NCBI GenBank assembly: GCA_951406725.2
Contig: OX597830.1
Location: 46,500,001-46,564,000, forward strand
Direction of reading: 5' to 3'
Length of the DNA: 64,000 nt
Source: Octopus vulgaris
Taxonomy: Eukaryota
Part shown: positions 1 to 11,135 of the stretch, piece after piece
How the letters are laid out: each line of letters opens with the position of its first letter
Position numbering within the stretch: the first letter of the stretch is position 1
Made by a program: the position numbers and the translations under genes
Notes under the pieces: model-generated
Told to the model about the DNA's origin: nothing
The model's input: only the letters and a program-made list of their open reading frames with translations
Database searches by the model: none

Positions 1-783
1 CTGTGTGTGTACCTACTAAATATCTCCTGGCTTCCCAGCTTACATTCCTCCGTAGTATAAGTTGGGATTTACTGAGGGTTCCCTTCACTCACTTTATTAT
101 TATTTCTCATTGTTACACAAAGTAACTATTATGTTCCTTTCTCCTTCTTTGCTTAACTTATAGACCAATCACTCATGGTGCTGAAAAAATGTCTTTAGTT
201 CAACAGTAGCTGATGAGGTAAAAAGTCACCAACTCTTGTGAAATAACTTGTAAATATTCCTTTTTTTTTTTAATGTGGTGTATTGAAGTTCATTATTCTT
301 GTTTGTCTAATTGAAAAAAGTCATAGCACTGATTACTTGTTGAGCTATTGAGCACTCTCACCAATTAAATATCTTGCTGTCTGAGCAAAGAGTTCATCAA
401 AACAAACAAGAAAACAGACAAGTATATAAATGGCACAACAAAGCCTGTGTGAGCAGAGATCATTTTTGACTGTTCCAGGACAAGAGAGAAAATTTATGAA
501 TAAAATAAAACAGTCATTTCAATGGAATCTTGATTCCAAAAAATATAAAATAACTAAAATTGCAAAAAAAAAAAAAAAAGCCAGTAATTTGTTAATCCCT
601 GTGGTGGGCAGGTGGCGGCTACTGGTTCTGTGGCACTCCCAACACAATATACTGAAGACAGTGAAATAAATCGGTGATTCAGAATAGAATAAATAGTGAT
701 ATAATGTTTACATGCTCAGTCCCAAAGGAATAAGGTGTGTCTCTCTGTGTGTGTAAAAGGTGTGGTTTGCTTGGCATACTTAC

Positions 784-818
784 ATGGTAATTAACATTTT
801 TAATATTACTAAGTAGAT
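784..818 (-). other. Candidate short internal exon (35 nt) of a spliced, apparently non-coding or UTR transcript
   Basis: Minus strand: gactaattacttttaaattcag|ATCTAC...TACCAT|gtaagtatg. CTAAT branch-like motif, canonical AG and GTAAGT. No recognisable peptide. Confidence 0.45.
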
Positions 819-952
819 CTGAATTTAAAAGTAATTAGTCATGTGGCTCATTGAGGAAAAGAAGGCGAGTTTGAGTTAAGTGTAGCAATACAAAGAGAAA
901 ATTCCATAGAGATGTGGAGAACATCTCTATTGAAGAGAAAGTGTGTGCTTAC

Positions 953-989
953 TTGCCAGGTATTATGGTGATGTTTTGGGAAAGTAAAA
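953..989 (-). other. Candidate short internal exon (37 nt)
   Basis: Minus strand: long U-rich tract ...ttttgtattttctattcag|TTTTAC...TGGCAA|gtaagc. 134-nt intron to the 784-818 exon. Confidence 0.45.
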
Positions 990-1399
990 CTGAATAGAAA
1001 ATACAAACTAAAACAAAAAAAAAAATAAGAAGGAAAAGAAAATGAAGATAAAAAAGCTGGACACTAAGTTTGACTGATTTTATATGATGTAAAGATATGG
1101 GAGCCAGAAAAAAACAGTAATTTAGTAGCAGTAACAAAGACACACACACACACATATATACACACCTAGATTTGAATCAATCAATAGCTTCGTTAATCAT
1201 AGTAAGACTAATCAGAAAGCAAAGACAAAATGCCTCAAAACTTGCTACCAAAATATATTCAATACTCAAAGCAAGTATTTACATGAAACTTCACAAAAGA
1301 ACACACACACACATGCACAGAACCAAACACACACACACATCTTCCATTGTTTATTCACACATTTTCAAGTAGAAGCATGAAAACCAAACAGTTATTGAA

Positions 1400-3700
1400 C
1401 TGATAGATTCTGGATCACATTTCTCCATGTGCTTTTCACTGAGTCCATCCTCCTCGGTATATATGTTCATCAAATGGCAATTCTCTCTCCTCTGGTATTT
1501 TCGAGGAGTTAATATGTTCCGTTTCCCCAGGGTCACTTGAGAGCCTTCCAGCTCTTCCTCATGGTGCTCAGGTCTTTTCTGTTTTATCTTTCCTCTTCTT
1601 GCGTTTCCTTCTCGGTGTTACAATTGCACACCCAAGACTCTAGCTTCCTCAAGAATATCACCAGAAAGACAGACAGACATATTCTTCGTTCTGATATTAT
1701 GTTTTGAAAGTTTCATAATGATGCTCTTCTTAAGACTTTCTTAATTTTTAAAATGCTTACAGTAATTCTCAAGATTTTCCTTAACCCTTTCGTTACCAAA
1801 CCGCCCAAAAAAAATTTTGGTTAATGTGACCAAGCCACCCAAACCCACCCGTATTTACCTATTCATATTTAAATGAGAATATCAGAGCAAATCTCTTTAG
1901 TACATTCGTGAAAACAAGTGATTATACTTCGTAAACAGTTCATCTACAGTTTTGTACAATGATCGAAGTGTAATTTTAATTCTGTGAATTTTGGGAGATT
2001 TTTTTCCGAAATTTGTTCCTATTGTGTTTTCAAAATTTGTAATTCTGACAAAAAATGGATACGAATTTCCTTATATCAAGCAGCGAGTCAGAATTTGAAG
2101 GATTTTCTACTGAAGACCTTGATAAATCTAACTCTATGACTGAAAAAAAAAGCACGTGGTATTTGATAATGAATCTGATGTTTCATTTTCCGAAAGTGAA
2201 AACAGTGAATCCGAGAGCTCCAACAGCGATAAAGAAAATGAAAATTTAAAAACTGTTTCTTTCGGTGATTTTTCTAAAGAAACTGGACCAAGCCACAGAC
2301 TTTCCCAGGAGAGTAAAGCCTTAGACTATTTCTTTTTACTTTTTCAAATGAGCCTATTTGAAATCATTACGGCAGAAACGAACCGTTACGCTAAATGTAA
2401 ACAAAGTGAAAGAAAGGGTAGTTAGTGGTTTCCCACAACCTTAAATGAAATTAAGACTATTTTGCCATAAATATTATTATGGGTATCAGAAAGTTACCCA
2501 GAATAACAAATTCTATCGTAAAATTTTGTTGTATACCCAATTGAATATTAGCTAATAACCCATTTTCTATAGCGATGTTTGAACAAAATTTTAATAATTC
2601 AATATTTTGTTGAATTTACCTGTATCTACCTGCAATTAGATTCACTTTGTGACAAAAATTATAGTATAGAATTGGTTGAGAACATTTCATTAAATTATCT
2701 TCCAAAAATCACATTAATATATTGATAAATAAAAAAGTTATAGTTGTTTAATGAAACCAGACTAAATTTATGATTATGTTAGAAAGTAATTGAAACACAT
2801 AAGGGGTGTATTTTGGTCAGAAATATAGTAACGAAAGGGTTAAACACATTTCGTGAAAGACATTCCGTTTCCTTCCACATTTCACTTGCAACATAAGCGC
2901 CATTGGTAGTACAATGGATATTGTGCCAGTGAATCTTGATGTTGATACCATGGTTGTTCATGGACCAGATTTTATACATTTGTGAAATTATTGCCATTGC
3001 ACGATTCTGATTCTGCAACTGAAATCAGTTCCAGCATCTCTATTATCACAGAACACTGCCAAAATATTGGCTCGTAACTTCAACGGTGAAGATCTTCCTC
3101 TATCGAACTTTTCTCCACTATTCCTCATAGACTTATGTCTTTTTTTGTGTTCCTTTCCAGTTCAGTTTTCTTGCTACTTTACTCTGGAGTTGAGTCAGCT
3201 CAAGCAGACTGCCTCTAAATTCTACCAATAATACAATACCATCAGCAAAGTACAGGTCAGCCAAACTGTCTCTAACTTTTAATCAATTCTTTGCAACTAA
3301 CTGCTTTGTCTTCTTTTCTTTTCCCCTTTTTTTTCTTTTTTCCAGGGGTGGGGGTAATGAAATCCATGATTAATAGAAAGGAATTGTGACGGGAGTGTGC
3401 CCTTGGTGAACTTCAGTGGTGATGTCAAAGAAACAATTGTTTCAATTTTCTGTCTTTGCACATGGACTGAACTCAAGATAAAACTTTCTTAAGACCGAGA
3501 TGTAGTACTCCTGAATCCCATAGGTTTAAGGGATGCTTCATTGAGACCCTTGAGGAACATTGCCAAATACCTATCTTAAGCCAATAAAGTTAATAATGGT
3601 CGCTGGAATTTCAGTCCTTGCTTCATGAGATTTTACACTGCAGTCAATTTATTCAGAAAATAACTGTTTATTTCAAACTCGCAAAACCTTTCTTACTAAA
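1400..3700 (-). mobile_element. Old, heavily mutated RTE-like LINE reverse transcriptase fragment, split by a piggyBac insertion
   Basis: Minus-strand remnants: FDITTEVHQG (about 3400, cf. TGVRQG), DSLADLYFADG (about 3240-3270, cf. FADD), KIWSM..IKI...YVASEMW (ORF 2779-3018), and HEMCLRKILRI rejoined across the TTAA at 1781/2840. Confidence 0.75.
1785..2839 (+). mobile_element. Internally deleted piggyBac transposon carrying the N-terminal transposase remnant
   Basis: TTAA TSD at 1781-1784 and 2840-2843; perfect 12-bp TIR CCCTTTCGTTAC/GTAACGAAAGGG. 2055-2510 encodes an acidic N-terminus then LDYFFLLF..IITAETNRYA..WFPTTLNEIK..IIMGIRKLP (PGBD-like), with frameshifts and a stop. Catalytic domain absent. 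Confidence 0.92.
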
Positions 3701-3707
3701 ACTTTAA

Positions 3708-3927
3708 CCCTTTAGTGTTTAAACCGGCCATATCCGGTCAAAATATTCTACCTATTTTATGTTCAAACTAGTCAGATATGGTCATTCATAGCTACCTTAT
3801 TGTGTCATTTTAAAAATAAACAATCACATCATTGAAATCTCAAAGCCATGAAATGATGCAAGATTAATTTTACATGGTGTGAATATATAAGCTTTACATT
3901 TGACAGAATAATCTGAATGCTAAAGGG
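3708..3927 (+). mobile_element. piggyBac-type MITE (220 bp), CCCTTTAG subfamily
   Basis: TTAA at 3704-3707 and 3928-3931; TIR CCCTTTAG/CTAAAGGG; homologous to inverted copy at 35115-35333. Confidence 0.85.
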
Positions 3928-4085
3928 TTAAACCAATGAATAAAACTAACTCACTTAAATGCTATTATATGAATGAATGGTCCATTCTGGTAACTGATTG
4001 TTCCAGTTGGTCGATTAACAGAACTACCAACTAAACTGTATTACAGTATAATAAATAACTGAATATTCCACAATGGTACCTTTAA

Positions 4086-4312
4086 CCCTTTTTTTTTTTT
4101 ACCTTATTTCTGTAGGTATATACTGCATTTGTTTCAAATAATTTTGAAAATAAAAACTTGAATAAAAAAAAAACTCATTATTATTTATGATGGTATTTGG
4201 ACTGTACGTTAACATGAAATTTTGATGGGAGGTTTTAATTTACGTTACTTAAAGACAATAAGTCTATATCATAGAACCAGGAGTGGTTTCAGGCAGATTG
4301 GCATCAAAAGGA
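4086..4312 (-). mobile_element. piggyBac-type MITE, degenerate (same family as 62584-62804)
   Basis: TTAA at 4082-4085 and 4313-4316. The reverse complement of the right end aligns with the left end of 62584-62804. Confidence 0.75.
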
Positions 4313-4361
4313 TTAACATAATATTCAAACAGATTCAACAATGTCTCTGAGAGTGTAATGA

Positions 4362-4690
4362 GTGCTTTTGCATTTGATCGGCATGGGTGCCATTTGCGTG
4401 ACACCATTACCTGCCACCACTGCAGTTTTGCTCAGCTTGATGGGTCTTCTCAAGAATGTCATAATGTCAAAGGTCTTTTGTGAGGCCCAACGCTTGAAAA
4501 GAACTCAGCCACTTTGCCTCTCTGAGGCCCAATGCTCGAAAGGTGCTCTTTACGTGCCACCAGCACATGTGCCAGTTACATGGCACCAACATCAGCTATG
4601 ATTACGATTCCACTAGGCTTGACGTATCTTCTCAAGCACAGTGTATTGCCAAAGGTGTCAGTCATTAGTCATTGCCTCTGTGAGCAGTGA
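4362..4690 (-). mobile_element. RTE LINE 3' UTR fragment
   Basis: Contains the reverse complement of the GGCACGTAAA..GCACC unit and shares tgaggcccaa and cttctcaag motifs with 36079-36480. Confidence 0.6.
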
Positions 4691-5180
4691 AATCACCCTC
4701 AAGAAATCACCTACAAAATGGCACCACACATTTTAAATTCTCAATCTGAAAACTGTGAAGAAAACACATCTAAGGCTGGACAAAAGCAATCTGCTCTACT
4801 TCCTCATCTTTTGTTGTTGTAAGTCAACTTAAGCAAACCTGAGAAAGAAACTCCACGAACAATTGATCAGAAGATATTAAAAGTGAAAGACTATTCCCAG
4901 ACATACCAAGAAACATAATTCATGGTTATAATATGATATCCCAACTCTTGCAATTAATATCCAAACACTCACATGAATTATTAGCAAACCTCAATAAACA
5001 CTAGAACGGTTTTGTAACATAATCTAAATATCACTGACACTCTCTCCCTCTCTCCACACCTCAGACTAACACAAAATACACACACACACACACACTAAAC
5101 AATATTTCACTCGGGTTTGGGGTAACAATGGTGTTATATTTTAGAAAAGGCAAAGACACAGTCTCAGCCAAACAGATTAC

Positions 5181-5359
5181 CTGAACGAACAGTTACAAGT
5201 GACCTCCAGCACAGTGAGTATCATACTTCAATCTCAGGTAACACTAGATGTCATCAGGTGTGACAATCAAATTATCTTGCATTTAATCTACACCAGACAA
5301 AACTAATGTGACAGGTTAGAGTGAAGTCGGATTCCCACCATGCAAAATCTATAGATCAC
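5181..5359 (-). other. Candidate non-coding exon (179 nt)
   Basis: Minus strand: aaatatttgcag|GTGATC...CGTTCAG|gtaatc. Stops in all three frames. Confidence 0.3.
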
Positions 5360-5470
5360 CTGCAAATATTTAATCAGGACACTTTACAGAAACTAGCTTT
5401 GCACAAAAATACATTACTTAAAATGATTTCCGTATCAAATAATCCTCTCTAATACAGTCAGAAGACCTGA

Positions 5471-5656
5471 AATTTTGAGGGAGGGTAACAGTCGATTACA
5501 TCAAGCCCAGGATTAAATTTGCATTTATTTCAATGACCTTGAAAGGATGAAAGGCAAAGTCAACCTTGGCAGAATTTGAACTCAGAACATAAAGTGCCAG
5601 AAGAAATATCATGAAGCACTCTGTCTGGTTTGCTAATAATTCTGCCAACTCACAGC
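5471..5656 (-). mobile_element. tRNA-derived SINE family B, diverged copy
   Basis: Reverse complement of the ctggcagaa..gttctgagttcaaattc..gactttgcctttcatcc consensus seen at 14667. Confidence 0.75.
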
Positions 5657-5685
5657 AGAAAAATTTTTTTTAAATTAAACACACA

Positions 5686-6060
5686 GCAGGAGTGGCTGTG
5701 TGGTAAAGTAGCTTGCTTATCAACCACATGGTTCCAGGTTCAGTCCCACTGCATGGCACCATGGGCAAATGTCTTCTACTATAGCCTCGGGCCGACCAAA
5801 GCCTTGTGAGTGGATTTGGTAGACAGAAACTGAAAGAAGCCTGTCGTATATGTGTGTGTTTCTGTCTGTGTTTGTCCCCGCAATATCACTTTACAACCGA
5901 TGCTGATGTATTTACGTCCTCATAACTTAGTAGTTCAGCAAAAAGAGACCAATAGAATAAGTACTAGGCTTACAAAGAATAAGTCCTGGGGTTGGTTTGC
6001 TCGACTAAAGGCAGTGCTCCATCATGGCCACAGTCAAATGACTGAAACGAATAAAAGAAA
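5686..6060 (+). mobile_element. tRNA-derived SINE family A, full length
   Basis: A-box-like GGCTGTGTGGTAA and B-box-like GGTTCAGTCCC, internal (TG)n, tail ..CATGGCCACAGTCAAATGACTGAAAC; matches 27342 and 41650. Confidence 0.9.
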
Positions 6061-7224
6061 ACATTTTTGTTGTTGTTTGTGTTACTTCAGCAAAATTATT
6101 AGCACTGCAATATTTTTCTGGCTTTCTATATTCCGAGTTCAAATCCCACTGAAGTGAACATTGCTGATGTTGATCGTAGTGATGATGATGATGTTGATGA
6201 TAAAATATTGGGCCAAACAGAAGCACACACACACACAATTTGTGAGGGAAAAAGAAGATGAGTTAAATTAAGTAAAAATAATCTAATTGAAACAAGATGC
6301 TGAAAGTCTCCGTCTAAATACCCGTGTTAGGAAACTGGAGAGAATCAATTACAGAAAGTAATTGAATGAAAAGTATTCGTAATGTCTTTCTCTAAGTTCC
6401 TTGTCTATCTTTGGTCTTCTGGAAAAGATGCTACTTATTGATGACTGACATGTGCCAGCATCTGTGAGGGGAAAATCAATAGACACATCCTTTTGTAGTG
6501 AATATGTGTGTCTCTATGAGCTGCGCAGGAAGTGGTATTTATTTGAGGTTGACTGAAGCAAGGTTTGAATATGCATTTCAGTTTAGTAACAACACCATCT
6601 TTACCTTTCCTGGGGCAAGACTACTTTCTAAACACCATCGCTACATAACTCTCTTCAGTTCTCTTCAGTGTCGCAAAGGGGTGGTCGTCTGCTTACAAAG
6701 TTTGCTATGCAATCAGATATGTCCCAAGTTTGAAGCCATAATGTGACTGGAATTTGAGCTTCTCGAACAGCTACAGGTCAAACGAAAACGTGTGAGTGAA
6801 CTTGAGTAAAGGTAGGAACAGCATGGAAACCTGTTGGATTACACCTGTTCATGATTGATAAGACTTACCATATTGACTTGAGAACAATGGAATCTTGAAT
6901 TTAATGTGACCCCAACATTTTTTGTACTAAAATTCAATAACATATTTCATCCTGTAGTAAAGATTATTTGCCAACATAACATGGCAGTCCTTGTTTAGGA
7001 TGAATGTTGCTGTAATTTAACCCCAGGAAACATCGTCTCCAGCTGGCTATACGACACGATCTCTGTCCTTATATTCTCGAACAAGGGAATCTAGCACCCC
7101 TACTCAGCTCAAAACCAATATCTGCGTATCGAGATTTCTGGGTTATTTCCCTCCATCAGCACAGAATAATTGTTCGGTTAGAGGTGGCGCTGCCAAATTC
7201 CTGTTCGAAATGTATATCTTTTAT

Positions 7225-7450
7225 TTATTTTATTTTGTTTTTATTTTATCTAGTTTCAGCTCACAAGCTGTGGCCATGCTGGGACACCGCCATTTGGTGT
7301 TGCTACATGATTTTACTTCACGAATGCTTTTTAGCAATTGCCTTTTGGTGCATGAGAGAGTTCGATGCAGCAAATAAAGTCCACAGCTGTAACCAACACC
7401 AGTGTCGCATAACCAGCTAAATGGTAAAATACCAGGAAATAAGAATCGGT
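7225..7450 (-). mobile_element. 3' end of a CR1-type LINE
   Basis: Minus strand GCGGTGTCCCAGCATGGCCACAGC..GCTGAAAC followed by an A-rich tail; same terminal motif as the CR1 at 33113-33167. Confidence 0.55.
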
Positions 7451-7872
7451 CTGCATTGGCAAGTGGTAAGTACAAGAATTTCACTAACTGGAATAAAGTT
7501 AGTCTACCATGGGGAAGACGATGATGGGAAGAGAACGAGTATTTCTAATAGAAACTTGTCAAAATGTCAGATTGTTTTCTCGTTGTCATGGTACACCAAC
7601 TTATTCCATATTGTGGAGTTTATCTTTCACATGCAACATTCATTTCCATCTTAGATATAATCCCATCATAAAGAATTAAACATTCAGAATCAAACCAAAT
7701 GTATAAAACACACACGGCTCATCAGTTATGAAGCTTAGCACCCTCTCCACCTAGTTACTATACCTGGTTCAAACCCCAACTAGAACCACAAACATATTTG
7801 TAACACAGGAGAGTAAATATAGAGGGGGGAAAATGATGAACAAGAAACAAAGAAAGAAAGTGAAATCCTTAC

Positions 7873-7928
7873 CTAGTATCTAATTTTTTAGATAAGGCAT
7901 ATGAACGACACCATTGTTTCTTGATAAT
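7873..7928 (-). other. Candidate short internal exon (56 nt)
   Basis: Minus strand: tctatttcttcag|ATTATC...ATACTAG|gtaagg. One open frame (IIKKQWCRSYALSKKLDT) that I do not recognise. Confidence 0.45.
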
Positions 7929-8724
7929 CTGAAGAAATAGACATTGTAACAGAATGTATATGAAAGGATAAAGCCCGACCAAGGATAATGTTAAAACATT
8001 ACATATGCATACATACAAACAGCATTATATAAATAGTTACATCTAATCCGAAATTCAAGAAAGGATTCCATACAGTTGCCACACAGTGTACTATACTTAT
8101 TAAGAATATTTTATGGCTTGTAGACATGTTTTACCATATAAATAACACCAAAAATATTTTTGATGAAGCCATTAAATATAGTGTAGCATGTCTACAGTCT
8201 GTAGAATAATACTTTCTTTTTATCACTGTACTGATCCGACTATTAGATGTTGTTATACATCATTGGTCACAATGTGCTTCCTTGCACTGTTATGACTTCT
8301 GAATGATGCCACCCCACTGGCTCGGCAGACAAACACACACACAATAAGTATTTGCAGGTTTTAATGATGAATGCTGTAGAGGGGCCTGGGTCATCAATAG
8401 GTGGGCATACTAGTAAAACACCTTCAAGGTAATTTTTCATTGATGTGCCAGTGAGAAAATTCTGAGGGGTAAAGTTTCTCCACGACTACTCTAAACTACA
8501 GACTTAATTCATCCAACAAATCCCTGTGGTTTCTGCTTGCCCACTTTCACCCACAAGACTTGGGGTGACCATTACACAAGGCTATGGTGGGGGAAAAAAT
8601 CACTCAAGATGCCACAAAGAGGGAGTGAAACCAGGGTCTCTTGGTTGTGAAGTAAACTTTTTAAACATTCAGCTATGCTATATCCAAATATCCAAGTGTG
8701 TTTGTGTGACTACACACATGCACG

Positions 8725-8767
<43 letters not shown>

Positions 8768-9074
8768 CCTATGACAAAGATGTCACCAATTAAAACAAAA
8801 ATTGGAAAGAAAGAAAAAAAAACATGCAAATTCCTATTTTTCAGCAAAATACTAATTCAATAATTGTCACGAATCCAACTCAACAAAACTAAATTAAAAA
8901 GAAAAAGAACTGAATAGTACAATTAAGCAGAATTAATAAGTATCAAATGGTTTAAATATTTGCATTCTTTGACTGGTTTTAGCTTTCAGATTGCAGACAT
9001 GCAACAACAACACCTTTAGTTGACAGTTAGAGTCAATTATATCAACATTCGTATTTTGTCAGGTATCAATCATG

Positions 9075-9370
9075 TGAACCTGCGTGGCCTGGTGGTTAGA
9101 GAGTTGCATTCATGATCATGAGAATGTGGTTTCAATTCCTGGACCAGGTGGTGCTATGTTGTGTTCTTCAGCAAGACACTTCATTCTCACATAGTCCTGC
9201 AATCACTCCAACACTTGACGTGTGGTACACTTGTGCACCTGTTCAGGGCAACACCAATTCGGTGGAGGCAGTGAGCTGATGTACAGCACAAATATTTGGT
9301 CCCTATCAAGAACTGATTTGTGCACAAAATTGTAGATCCGTCTTTCTTGGACTACAAGAGATTATCATCA
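9075..9370 (+). mobile_element. tRNA-derived SINE with CORE-like central segment
   Basis: GTGGCCTGGTGGTTAG A-box, GGTTTCAATTCC B-box, then tgtgttcttcagcaagacacttcat; related to 26298, 41120 and 42540. Confidence 0.65.
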
Positions 9371-9597
9371 CTTTATCAATTTCTGGGGCTAAGTTTAATG
9401 TCCCCTTTTCCATACTCACATGGCTTACACGGAATCTGCTGGGGCAGATTTCCTACAGCCAGATGTCCTTCTTGTCACTAACTCTCGCCTGTAAAGAAAT
9501 AGTTCCCCATAAAACCAAACGTCCTCACAGAAAATTGGAAATGAAGGACAGTGCTTGCATGACAGTGACACTGCATTACAACTATCAACAAGGAGAC

Positions 9598-9628
<31 letters not shown>

Positions 9629-9721
9629 GAGAAACAAACAAGTTGAGAAGCGTCAGCGGCGAAAGGAAAACAACAGAAATGCAGAATGCCAAGCCACTCT
9701 CTTGGTATGCAAATACTGTGA

Positions 9722-10597
9722 ATAGGTGGGTAAAGAAAAGAATGCATGGTCAATTTCATAGGGATGTTGAACATAAGAGAGACAGAGAAAAAAGATGGCT
9801 GTGGATGACTAAAAGTGATTTAAAAGCGGAAACGGAGGCTCTAATCTGTGCTGCCAAAGAGCAATCACTAAGAACAAACTACATAAAATACAGAATAGAT
9901 AACATATCAGTAAGGGATAAGTGCAGAATCTGTGGACAAAACGGTGAAACCGTATGGCATATTATCAGCCAATGTACATCACTAGCCCAGAAGGAATATA
10001 AGAGATGCCATGACAATATAGCCAGGCTTGTCCATTGGACACTCTGCAACAAGTATGGACTTGACAGAGCAAAAACTAGGTACGACCACAAACCTGAAGG
10101 CATTGTCAAAAATGATAATGCAAAGATCCTGCAGGATTTTATAATTCAGTGCGACCATGAAATAGAGAATAGGAAGCCAGACACAATGTTAATTGAGAAA
10201 GAAAGCAAACTATGCTGGATCATATATACAGCATGCCCAGCTGACAACAAGGTATGCAATAAGGAAGAAAGAAAAGTCAATAGATGTGAGAGGTTAGCTT
10301 GGGAAGTTAAGCAGTTGTGGTCGATGAAAAAGGTGGTAGTAGTACCAGTAATTGTCGGAGCCCTGGGAACTGAGCAAAAATCTCGAGAAGTACATGGAAC
10401 AAATAGGGGCTGCAATAAGGGTGAAGTACTTGCAGAAAACAGCACTGCTTGGAACTGCTCAAATACTCAGGAAGGTGCTCGAAAAATAAGATTTGTTACC
10501 TTAGTTCACTGGCAGTGAACAGCTGACACCATAGGACATCTACAGCATTAGAAGTTGTGAAAAGACAATATAATAATAACAACAACAACAATAATAA
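9722..10597 (+). mobile_element. 5'-truncated Dong/R4-clade (RLE) non-LTR retrotransposon: CCHC knuckle, restriction-like endonuclease and (TAA)n tail
   Basis: MHGQF..W..DLKAETEALICAAKEQSLRT; CRICG..ETVWHIISQC; YKRCHD (RHD motif); NRKPD; VPVIVGALG; frameshifted end LQKTALLGTAQILRKVLEK* (stop about 10489); (TAA/CAA)n at 10567-10597. Second catalytic D is lost (IIYTACP). Confidence 0.9.
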
Positions 10598-11135
10598 ATG
10601 CCCTGATTCTGTACCAGGCAGTTGTTCTCAAGGTTTCTGATCTTGACTGATTGGAAGTGTTAACATGTACATGTTTTGCTTTGGTGTAAAAGATAGGCTA
10701 CAGCAAAATATTCTGCTCAATACCACATATTTGCTTGTCAGTTGTTTGACCTTAACCAGTTGAGCATGTCCCTTAGTGACTGACAATATGTGCATCTCTG
10801 ATTACGAGCAGAAGTAGTGGGGGAGCATCACATTCATGTGTTGAGAAGGGTTCTTTGGGGTTTGAATAATTCACCCCTGGAAACATGGGTATGTTATTTA
10901 CCATCCTTAAACAATCCTTATACAAAGTGAATTCTAACTGGGCCCCACCTGCAAGGTCATGTGCTGTTTATCTAGATATGAGGTCACCATGTGGCACACA
11001 TATGGTTGTGATACATGTGCCTTGTATATCCTTATCAGACAGGTAGTCATGATGGGTACATTAGGATTCATATATTTATACCCCAGTGTCACTTTGATGG
11101 CATGCACTGCTCTCTCACTCAATAATAAAAATAAT
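10598..11135. repeat. Non-coding segment between two TAA tracts, probably further TAA-targeted retroelement pieces
   Basis: Starts right after the (TAA)n tail at 10597 and ends in another AAT-rich tract (11121-11135). Resembles common octopus repeats from memory only. Confidence 0.4.

Noticed and set aside
5160-5260. Possible C/D-box snoRNA or miR-12-like sequence
   Set aside because: The C box is CTGATGA rather than RTGATGA, the terminal stem is weak, I recognise no rRNA guide, and TGAGTATC does not match the miR-12 seed region.
9463-10518. 351-aa ORF as a host gene
   Set aside because: The N-terminal 85 aa or so come from repeat and (CA)n sequence; the rest is a frameshifted RLE retrotransposon with mutated catalytic residues.
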